DNA from: the human T2T-CHM13v2.0 reference genome, Homo sapiens
Strand: one strand, 5' to 3'
Assembly (NCBI RefSeq): GCF_009914755.1
Contig: NC_060928.1
Length of the DNA: 64,000 nt
The notes under the pieces were generated by a model, which was not told where the DNA came from, searched no databases, and saw only the letters and a program-made list of their open reading frames with translations. Position 1 is the stretch's first letter, and each line of letters begins with the position of its first letter. Made by a program: the position numbers and the translations under genes. Positions 53,530-64,000 of the stretch are shown one piece after another.

Positions 53530-54430
53530 TTTTCAAATTTTCAAAAAGTGATTACAATTAATTTGAAATAATGTCATAAACATCCATGAATCCACAGTTA
53601 AGGAAGAACATTAACAATAACTGTATAGGGTCCTCTTGCATTTATTTTTCTTATGTAACCCCATCTCAAGTAACCACCATCCAAAATTCTCTGTGCATCA
53701 TTTCCTTGTTTTCCTATTTGTGTGTGGCATTTCAAGCAAGCACTTGTTTGTTAATAGTTGTGTTCAACTTTATTTTTAAAAAGGATTTACAGCATACATA
53801 ATATTTTTCAAAGTATTTTTAAAATTTGAATATATTTTTGTAATTCATCTATACTGTTCATTATTATTATACCACATTTATTTTTAGGGCCATAATAGTA
53901 AATATACAACAGTTTATTCATCTCATATCCTCTCTATTGGCATTAGGTTGTTTATAGGTTTTTGTTAGTTTCAAAGATTTTGTGCATGATAGTGGACACA
54001 TATCTGGTGAACCTGTTTAAAAGGTTCCCTTGGTTCTACATGTAGAAGTAAAATATGTACTTTTCTCAGTATTTGAATATACAAGTTTACAATACTCAGC
54101 TATTTTCTTAAGAGATTCAGCCAAGTTTACATATCAACCAGTAATAGATAAGATATGCTATAAATTTGTATCTTTCTAGCATCTGATATTGTCAGACTTT
54201 TGAAATTTCACTAACCAACTGACTGTAAAATATAGTAGCACATCATGGTCTTAAACTGCATCTTTCTCAACACTAATGGAGCTGGATATACCCTCATATT
54301 CTACAAACCATACATATTTTTATATTTTATGACAAACTTATTCAAACTGTCCATATTTCCCTGGGGTTTGTGTTTTTCTTTTAAACTTGTATAAGTTCTT
54401 TATATAGTCTTTGTTGTGTTTATTAAATAT
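53530..54430 (-). mobile_element. L1ME-like 3' fragment
   Basis: 'gtaaccaccatcc', 'ttaggttgtttataggttttg', 'gatattgtcagacttt'. Confidence 0.6.
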
Positions 54431-57189
54431 GCTTTCTCTCAGCTTCTAGCTGATCTCTGAAATAAATATGATGTACTGTATAAAGACTGGTTTGGAGAAA
54501 AACTGTGTCATAAATTTTAGTGTTAACACTTATTCAATGTGTGACCTGTGGTTATTCAGCACCTCTTGACTTAAGTTGTATGTTAAGTAGTCAAAAATTC
54601 ATGCTGCTAGTGATAATTAGGAATCAAATAACATTGCTGAGCTCTTATTATATGCCAAACACTGTGCCAGGCCCTCGGTTAGGGAGAGGTGACACATTCT
54701 CTGACCTCGCCCATGAGTATGGTGTAATGAGAAGCGGATGAACAAACAATTATTGTGAACTGTAATAGTGTGACGCAGTTGATAAGCACAGGTGCTGTAG
54801 AAGCTTGAATCCAATCTAAAACAAACTTTGCAAGAAAAGGCTGGCAGCATGGCCATGTATTTATTCAAGCATACATGCATTCATTTACCAAACATACAAT
54901 GAATACCAACTCTGTGTCAGATACTTTGCTAAGTACTATAAGTGTTATAAATGGAATTCACATGAATTAGAAAATGGCTAACTTTTGGGGAAAAGAGAAA
55001 ATAAAGTGTTAAAGAACTCCCAGGTTTTTACCTGTGTGAACTGTGTTTATGCACAAGGGGTTGTCTCTACTTTAGGCTTTAATCTCACCTCCTATTACTA
55101 TTAAAAGCTCATTGGTCCTACTAAATTATCAGCTTGTTAATAAAATTAATATGGAAGATTATATTTTTATTCTCAATTTTTTACTCCTTTTCTGCAATAA
55201 GATTAAACAATTGGGTCGCCTGACATGTGACTTACCCTGTGACATTGACCTTGGCCATATGACATACTTTGGTCAATTAGGTGTGAGCACATATTTTTCT
55301 TGTCAGAGACAGTGCTTTAAGTTTTATTGCATTTTGTGGCTCAATGTCCTTGAGTTTCTGCCCATGGTCCATGGCAGGAATTCTCCTGCAGTTTGGGTGC
55401 ACACATAGAGCATTTCTTAACAAAGCCTCTGCCAATCTGCCCCCCACTGGCAGAACACCCTAAAACCTTGATGGATTCCTGCTTACTTTTCCCATCAGTT
55501 GAAATGTTAGCGACTGCAGAAAGTCTTTGCCATACCCACTGTATATCTTCCCACTCTCCCTTTAGACTGAGTGCTCCTTAAAATCAGGAACCTGTTGATA
55601 TAATTTTTCTGTCATTGTCCACCAGCCAGTGTTTGATACGAAGGAGGTATTCTGCAAAGAGTTGTTGAATGAGTGTATGAATGAGAGGCCTGAGATTCCC
55701 AAGAGAGAGGACTTGGAGTCTCATGGACAAACTTTTTCACACACATTCGCTCCTGACTATTGAGTTTTATGAATATTTTAGTAATCTACAGAAAAAAAGG
55801 TAATTGTGGCTGGGTTGACTTCGGGAATCATTGCATAACAGAATTTTTCTAAAAAATGCACCCTTGAAAGATTTTTTCATAATAAACACATCATAGCAAT
55901 AATAATTTTGCATAATTTTACTTTTTGATCATTTAATTATTTCATTCCACAAATATTCATAGAGTGACTCTTATGTACCAAGTTTTTCATTTTACAATTG
56001 AAATAACTGAGTACCTAAAAAGGAAAAAGACTTGTCTTGTTCGAGATTAATAACTCTGAATTGTAGCTTAATGATCTCTGGGGGATAGGGGACTCCCTGA
56101 AAACAAATTAAATTGTGGTTGTTCTGGAAGACCCTAGTTCTTCTTCCTCCAGGTTTCACGTTCAAAAATGGAAGTGGATTTTGTACTGAGACAGATCAGA
56201 ACTCTAGTGCATTTGTACATGTGTGTGAGAGTGTGTGTGTGCATGTGTCTGTGTGTCTCTGAGTATGTAACCATGTGTGTGAGTGGGTTTGGCCATCTGT
56301 GTGTAAGTGTGCATGTGTGTGTGACCCAAAATCCAGGAATTCCACCCTGCTGAGCAAAATGTATTTCATCAGTATTTATTCATACATACTACTGAAATTT
56401 GAACTGTCTTTTGAAGTTGACAAAGTATTTTAAAATTTATTATATTTTGCTCTAGGCAGAGGTATTCTAATCTTTTTCATTTCAGAAAAGGTAACCAAAG
56501 CAAATATAATGACTACCATGGATTCAGAAATGTCAGCGTGCCAGGCTCTGATCACAGGGCTTTGCAGATTTTTAACTCAGCTAACACTCATATCAACTAT
56601 GTAATATAGACTCTATTGATATATATTCACCCTCTTATGTTAATATCATAACCAATTAATATCACCCACATTTATCTGGTGAGGAAACTGAAACATAATG
56701 TATTCAGTAACCTGCCTCAGGCCACACACATAGCTGGTAAAATGTGGTACTGTGATTTGACCTTGGCACTCTGTCTCCAGAGCGAAACTGAACTACTCCA
56801 AGATACTAGTGATGCTTCATCCATCATTTCCCAACCTGTAGGTGGAAGATCAAACTTCTGACTTAAAATTTGTAACTTTTCTCGTCCTTTTTTAAAGTCT
56901 CATATCCTTGCTAACATTTTTGTTTACAAAGCACATTTACCATAATTCATTTATTTATAGAACAACAGATGGGTGAAACAAAATTATCTTTCTTCAGTTC
57001 ACAGATTAAAAACTGGGATTCAGGCTCAGAATATTCAAGAGGCTTACCTGGGGTTATACCGGCAGTTAACAGCAGACCTGAGACCAAAACCTAAGACACA
57101 CAAGATGCAGGGATCCTCAACTCATATGACCTCTGTGGTCCACGTGCTTATTTTGAGTTCTGCTATTCATAGTGAGCTATGTTTACGGA

Positions 57190-57565
57190 TGTCTTAACAA
57201 GTGTGGGCTGCTGTAACAAAGTCTCATAGACTGAATGGCTTATAAACAACAGATATCTGTTTCTCACAGCTCTACAGGCTGGAAATCCAAGGTCAGCATA
57301 CCAGCATGGTCAGATTGTCATGAGGGCCCTCTTCCAGATCACAGATGGCCACCTTCTTGTAGCCCCACATGGAAGGAAGGAAAGAGAGCTATCTAACTCC
57401 TCAGCCTCTCCTTATGAGAGTACTAATCCCACTGATGAGGGCTCTACCCTTGTGACCTAATTACCAGCCAAAGGCCCCACCTCTGAATATCATCACATTG
57501 GGATTAAGGATTCAACATATATGAATTTGGTGGTGAGGAATACAAACATTCTGTTCATTGAGACA
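57190..57565 (-). mobile_element. MLT1A/MSTD-like solo LTR
   Basis: 'ggctgctgtaacaaag...gcttataaacaacaga...gagggctctaccc...aaggccccacctct'. Confidence 0.85.
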
Positions 57566-58981
57566 GACACGGTATAATTTCTAACTTTACCTTAATAAAA
57601 AGATAAATAAACCAAAGTGACCCAGAATGTCTTAACAAACAAGCCATGACCATTGTGCCACTGGGGTCTTAGAGCAGATGTCATGGAAATAGGCCAGATG
57701 TAAGGTGATTGCAGTATTTGGAGATACATAACTGAAAATAACACTTGCAGCCCCCACGCACCCAGAAGTTTGTATCTCAAAGCAAATAGAAACAATGGAA
57801 TGTTCACAGTGCTGACAGCCAGAGCGATAAAGGCTAACACAGCGAGCAGGGGAGACCCTTATTGGAATTCAGTAGCAGAGGTTTTGATAGGCACCATTTA
57901 ATTAAATATATTATATCAGACCCATGGACTGTTAATTCTTTTGTAAGTTAGTTCAACTTCCATGTCAGGTAAAATGTGGCTCTTTTTTGTATTGGGATCA
58001 TAGGCCAATCCATATCATGTATCAGTTATCTATAATTAACATTAATTGTGACAAGCTGTACTGTTGTTATCTAAAGTTATAGGACTATTATACAGCTTTG
58101 TTGAAGTTGCACAGCCAATTCAAGAGTAGCTTCAATTGCTAATGAATGTAGTTCCTTTTTTTCAGTCATTTTTCTCTTACACCACTAGCCATACAATCTA
58201 TTAGTCATTCCAACTACAAATTCCAAACCTAGATTTCTGTGTTGCCTGACATTTTTCAGAGCTTGTCTGTAGGTATTTTCTCACAGTCTTCTACAAAAGA
58301 CTTAGAAATAGATATCACTGTTTCCCTTTTAAAATTTAAGAATTCCCTTTTAGAATTCCTAAGGCTGGAGAAATATAGATACTTGCCTGAGGTCACATGG
58401 AGAATGCAGCAGAATCTGATCAGGATGCAGGAGAATTTTAACTCCAACTTGAGACTTTTTCTTCTGTCACACATGGGGTCCTGATTAAAAACAAAAACAG
58501 AAACAGAAACAGGCAGACAATTCTTCCAATGCCTGAATATACAAAATGCAAATATATACAAAGATGCCTCTATATACAAACACGTAAAGAAATTTGGATT
58601 CTTCCCTACTATGCTCATATTATCTCAGAGCTAGCTGACTCTGTTAATGCCTCTCTATTAATCCTCTTATTGACTATAGGATAAAATAAAGCCCTTACTC
58701 CTCAACCTGACTTTTACCATCTGAACCATGTCTATTTCTGCAGTCTTATCACCAACTCTTTTCCTGTACTCACTGCTCCTTCCATCACATAGGATGACTT
58801 ACAATTTCAAACCATGTCCATGTTCTTTAGTAATTCTGCCTGCATTGTTCCTCCAGACAGCCTTGCAATCCCTTTTCCATATGCTTGGTTAAAACTTACT
58901 GTTCATGATTACTCAGATCATATGTCAACTAATTAAGTATACCCTTTGGATTCCATCTTTGTGCCATATATAGTGGTAGGC

Positions 58982-59204
58982 CGGGGCGTTCAATCTTTTG
59001 GTTTCCATGGGCCACATTGGAAGAAGAAGAACTGTCTTGGGCCACACGTAACATATATTAACACTAAAGATAGCTAGTGAGTTAAAAAAAATTACAAAAA
59101 AAGACCACATAAACTTTCAAGAAAGTTTATGAATTTGTGTTGGGCCACACCCGAAGCCATCCTGGGCCACATGCAGCACACGGGCTACAAGTTGGACAAG
59201 TTTG
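58982..59204 (+). mobile_element. MER30 hAT-Charlie MITE
   Basis: 'caatcttttggtttccatgggccacattggaagaagaagaac...gttggacaagtttg'; 8-bp TSD tggtaggc/tgctaggc (7 of 8). Confidence 0.9.
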
Positions 59205-59227
59205 TGCTAGGCACTGAAGGTCTAGAT

Positions 59228-59334
59228 AGAGTGACCAATTGACCTAGTTTGCCAGGAACTGAAGGAGCTTCTGGGTTAAAGAATGTATAGTGCTAAAAAT
59301 GTAATAGTCCTAGGCAAAAAGTTGGTAACCAATA
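59228..59334. mobile_element. MER81-like hAT-Blackjack MITE
   Basis: 'tagagtgaccaa...gtttgccaggaactga...agtgctaaaa...gttggtaacc'. Confidence 0.6.
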
Positions 59335-59483
59335 TCTAGAGGACAAATTGACTCCTCAATTTCATTCTCTCATCCCTAGGCATTGAGATATTGCCTCTTC
59401 TGGGTTGCCTGGTTCCTGTCTCTGCATTTATCTTATTGCTTTAATTATTGGTGTATCAACTGTCCACTTCCCAAAAATATGTG

Positions 59484-61840
59484 TGATATGGTTTGGGTTG
59501 GCTCTGTATCCCCACCCAAATCTCATCTTGAAATGTAATTCCTACGTGTCCAGGGAGGGTCATTATGGGAAGTGATTAGATCATGGGGGCGGTTTCCTCC
59601 ATGCTGTTCTTATGATAATATGAAAGCTCTCATGAGATCTGATGGTTTAAAAAATAGCAGTTTTCCCTGTGCTCTCTCTTTCTCTCCTGTTGCCTTGTGA
59701 AGAAGGTTCTTGCTTCTCCTTTGCCTTCTGCCATGATTGCAAGTTTTCTGAGGCTTCCCCAGCCATGCAGAACTGTGAGTCAGTTAAGCCTCTTGTATTT
59801 GTAAATTACCTATTCTCAGGTAGTATCTTTATAGCAGTGTGAAAATGAATTAATACAGAGAATTGGTAACAGGAGTAGGATACTGCTATAAAGATAACCT
59901 GAAAATGTGGAAGCAAATTTGGAACCAAGTGACAGGCAGACGTTCGAACGGTTTGGAGGGCTGAGAAGAAGACAGGAAGGTATAGGAAAGTATGGAACTT
60001 CTTCAGACTTGTTGAATGGTTTTGACCAAACTGTTAATAGTGATATGGACAATGAAGTCAAAGCTGAGGTGGTGTCAGATGGAGATGAGGAAGTTGTTGA
60101 GAAATGGAATAAAGGTAATTCTTGTTATGCTTTACCAAAGAGAATGGCAGCATTTTGCCCCAGCCCTACAGATCTGTGGAAATTTGAACTTGAGATAGAT
60201 AATTTAGGGTATCTGGCAAAAGAAATCTCTAAGCAGCGAAGCATTCAAGAAGTGAGCTGTATTGTTCTGAATGTTTTCAGTTATATGCATTCAAAAAAAG
60301 ATGGTTTCAAATTGGAACTTATGTTTAAAAGCGAAGCAGAGTATAAAGGTTTGGGAAATATGCAGCCTGACTATAAAGAAAAAACTCATTTTCTGGGGAG
60401 GAATTCAAGCTGGTTGCAGAAATTTGCATAAGTAATGAGGAGCCAAATGTTAATAGCCAAGTCAATGGGGAAAATCTCTCCAGAGCATGTCAGAGATCTT
60501 AACAGAAGCCCCTCTTATCACAGGCCCAGAGGCTTAGCACAGAAAAATGGCTTTGTGGGTTGGGCCCAGGGCCCTTCCTCTCTGTGCAGCTTTGGAGCTT
60601 GGTGCCCTGCACCCCAGCCACTCCAGCTGCAGCCATGGCTAAAAGGGGCCAAGATACAGCTCAGGCCGTTGCTTCAGAGGGTGTAAGCCCCAAGCCTTGG
60701 TGGCTTCCATGTGATGTTGCGCCTGTGGGTGCACAGAAGACAAGAGTTGAGCTTTGGAAACCTCTGCCTAGATTTCAGAGGATGTATAAAAATGCCCGGA
60801 TGTTCAGGCAAATGTCTGCTGGAGGGGTGGAGCCCTCATGGAGAACCTCTGCTAGGGCATTACAAAGGGGAAATGTGGGGTTGGAGCCCCAATATTGAGG
60901 TTGCATGGGGGCACTGCCTAGTGGAGCTGTGAGAAGTCTGCCATACTGCAGACACCAGGATGGTAGATCCACCGACAGCTTGCACCATGTGCTTGGAAAA
61001 GCCACAGGCATTCAATACCAGATCATGAAGGCAGCTGCAGGGGCTGTACCCTCCAGAGCCACAGAGGCAGAGCTTCCCAAGGTCTTGGGAGTCCACCCCT
61101 CGCATCAGTGTGCCCTGGATGTGAGACATGAAATCAAAGGAGATTTGGGAGCTTTAAGACATAATGACTGCCTGGCTGAGTTTCAGACTTGCACGGGGCC
61201 TCTGGCTCCTTTGTTTTGGCCAATTTCTCCCACTTGGAAAGGGAACATTTACCCTATGCCTGTACCCCCATTGTATCTTGGAAGTAACTAACTTGCTTTT
61301 GATTTTACGGGCCCATAGGTGGAAAGGACTCTCCTTGTCTCAGATGAGACTTTGGACTTAGACTTTTGAGTTAATCCTGGCTTGAGTTAAGATCTTGAGG
61401 GACTGTTGGGAAGGCATGATTGGTTTTCAAATGTGAAAAAAAAAATGAGATTTTGGAGGGGTCAAGGGCAGAATGATATGGTTTGGATCCGTGTCCACTC
61501 AAGTCTCATCTCAAATTGTAATCTCCATGTGTCAATGGAGGAACCTAGTGGTAGGTGATTGGATGATGGGAGTGGTTTCCCCCTTGCCATTCTTATGATA
61601 GTGAAGAAGTTCTTGTGAGACCTGATGGTTTTAAAAATGGCAGTTTCCTCTGTGCACTCACTCTTTCTCCTGCTGCCTTGTGAAGTAGCTCCTTGCTTCT
61701 CCTTTGTGCTATGCCATGATTATAAGTTTCCTGAGGCTTCCCCAGCCATGCAGAACTGTGAGTCAATTAAATCTCTTTTATTTATAAATTACCCAGTCTC
61801 AGGTACTATCTTTATAGCAATGTGAGAATGAACTAATACA
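59484..61840 (+). mobile_element. Full-length THE1D/MSTA-type MaLR: LTR 59484-59857, internal 59858-61473, LTR 61474-61840
   Basis: Both LTRs run TGATATGG...TAATACA. Purine tract before the 3' LTR. TSD atgtg/ctgtg. Internal ORF remnant DLLNGFDQ...AEVVSDGDEE...AFCP...LGYLAKEISKQ. Confidence 0.93.
59907..60431 (+). pseudogene. Remnant of the THE1/MST internal ORF (frameshifted, non-ATG start)
   Basis: The 174-aa ORF matches the remembered THE1-int ORF; downstream parts continue in other frames (60560-60898, 60905-61291). Confidence 0.75.
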
Positions 61841-62166
61841 CTGTGAAACATTGAAGGCTAATGGTGGAGGAGGATCATGTACCTTCTTTACTCATCCCAG
61901 ATCCTGGCTCTGAGCCTGTGTATAAGAAGTGCTCTTTGAATATTGGCAAATGATTTTGCAGAAAAGACCTTATATTCTCTCAATGGACACTCAGGAATTG
62001 GATAGTGCATGTGTTCTGTAAGATGGGAACCATCAGTGCCCTGAATATATTGAAGGGTCATTTCCTGAACCCAGATATGCTCCATTCTCTCAGTTTCTTT
62101 AGTTGTATAGAAAAAAACAAGTTTGGATGAGATCACTTCAGACAGTACATAAAATGGCTATTTCTG

Positions 62167-62313
62167 GTTTTGTTTTTGTTTGTTTGTTTTTGTTTTGTTT
62201 TTATTTTGTTTTGTTTTTGAGATGGAGTCTTGCTCTGTCGCCCGGGCTGGAGTGCAGTGGCCTGATCTTGGCTCACTGCAAGCTCCGCCTCCCAGGTTCA
62301 CACCATTCTCCTG
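62167..62313 (-). mobile_element. Severely 5'-truncated AluY with 16-bp TSD
   Basis: AluY diagnostics 'gcaagctccgcc' and 'ttcacaccattct'; TSD aaaatggctatttctg at 62151-62166 and 62314-62329. Confidence 0.9.
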
Positions 62314-62529
62314 AAAATGGCTATTTCTGAAAAACACATAAGGAAGGTGAATTGCTGAGAGAAGAACTAGAATGAAGAATAAGAGCAGTGGGGAGGTGTA
62401 TAGTAAGTGGTGCAATTAATGCTTTTTATATTCAATATGTAATTATAGCAGAGATACAATGATTCTTAAGAGAGAAATGGCTGAATCTACTCACAAAAAT
62501 GGCAACTTACTCGGAAGGTTTTAGAGTCA

Positions 62530-63080
62530 AGTTTCAGGAAATAAGATAAGAACTATTCCACACTTACACAAACTGTTCCAGAGAACTTGGAAACAGATGA
62601 TTCACTTGAACTTATTTTATGAAGCTGAGATAATCTTGGTATCAAACCAAGCCAAGACAGATGATAAATGAAAATTATACAACAATTCAAGTTATGGACA
62701 TAGTTGTAAAAATTTTAAACAAAATATTAACAAATTGATTCCAGTAATATATGAAAGATTCAGGACTCATTTGGGTGTATGCCAGGAATGCTGGTATAGT
62801 TTAATATTTAAAAATCTTTTAAAGTAATTATCTTCATTAGTCCATTAAAGGAGAAGAACCATAAAATCACTTCAATAGATTCAAGAAAACATTTGCTAAA
62901 TTAATTTTTTAATATAGAGAAAACCTAAAACATTTAGGCAAAAAACATATAGGCAAGCATTTTAATAATCCTGGATTATAAATACATACAACATAATGAA
63001 CTCTACATAAAAGACACCTTAAAAAGTGAAACAAAAGACCATAAACTGTAAGAATATATTTTCAATGTGTGTAACCAACA
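62530..63080 (+). mobile_element. Old L1M ORF2 fragments
   Basis: 'ttttatgaagctgagataatcttggtatcaaacca', 'ccaggaatgc'. Confidence 0.6.
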
Positions 63081-63439
63081 AAGAACTAAGGTCATCAGTT
63101 TACATAAATCCTGGACCATACCTCTGTTTTAGTACTAACACACAAATGTATAGATTTGCTTTTTTGTTTGTTTATTTTTAGGAGATGATGAGCTCCTGGG
63201 CAAGACTGAGGTTTGTGTCATTTTGCATCCCCAGCACCGAGAAGAGTACCTGGCACTTATTGGTGCGCAGACAATGTTTACTGCATGATTAGAAGGTTTA
63301 ACTGGAAAAACCTACTAACCTCTGGTATGAGTGGTCCACCATGTACAAGATAATGTGCTGAGTCAACTTCAGTAGTTTATAAATGGTTAACCATTCACAT
63401 CATTCAGGGCTTTAGGTTGAAACAATACAAACACCACGA

Positions 63440-63818
63440 GACAGTTTAGGATGATATGACAAAATGCTATTGATTGAATGGCTTAAACAACAGACACTTA
63501 TTTCTCACAGTTCTGGAGACTGAGAAGTCCAGAACAAAGTACCAGCAGATCTGGTGTCTGGTGAAGATCCACTTCCTGAAGGTTTCCAGATGGACATCTT
63601 CTCCTTGTCTCCTCATATGACTAAGAGCAGAGAAAGAGGAAGCAATTTCTTTATAATTCTCCTTACAAGGGCATTAATCCCATTTATAAGGACTCCACCT
63701 GTATGATCTAATCATCTCCCAAAGGCCCTACCTTCTAATACCATCCCATTGAGCATTATGGTTTCAACATATAGGTATTTTTTTGAGTTGGAAGGGGACA
63801 TAATCATGCAATCCATAC
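63440..63818 (-). mobile_element. MLT1A/MSTD-like solo LTR
   Basis: 'ggcttaaacaacagacacttatttctcacagttctggagactgagaagtcc...cccaaaggccctacc'. Confidence 0.82.
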
Positions 63819-64000
63819 CACAACCGAGTGAATGCTTCTTTAGGCAGAAAAAAAAAAAACCCTTACTGAAAAGATAGGGAGTGAGTCATAGATTTCCAGG
63901 AAGATTGGAGAATCAGGCTCAAAGGACAAAAATAAGGAGAGGCTCCTAAGCCAGAACCACTGCACAAATGAAGCTGCAGACTTAATCTAGTGAGGGCCTG

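Overview
This is AT-rich primate (human-like) genomic DNA, intronic or intergenic. I recognise no protein-coding exon, RNA gene or CRISPR array. The ORF track is explained by decayed L1 ORF2, the THE1 internal ORF, Alu read-through and chance ORFs. Most of the window is layered interspersed repeats: Alu J/S/Y, L1 from L1PA2 to L1M*, L2, L3/CR1, MIR, MaLR solo LTRs, two full LTR-int-LTR MaLR proviruses, ERVL/ERV1 LTR pieces and hAT MITEs. All subfamily calls are by eye from remembered consensus sequences and need RepeatMasker/Dfam confirmation; boundaries of old repeats are approximate. The most unusual item is a 265-bp element at 45875-46139, made of two LTR12 (HERV9) U5 ends fused in opposite orientation, with 68-bp inverted termini and an apparent 4-bp target-site duplication (TSD). 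Other notable items: a twin-primed L1PA2 with a large gap at the inversion, a very young AluY(c1-like), a collapsed L1 nested inside another L1, and a 49-bp tandem duplication around an 18-bp palindrome. I found no convincing multi-gene novel system.
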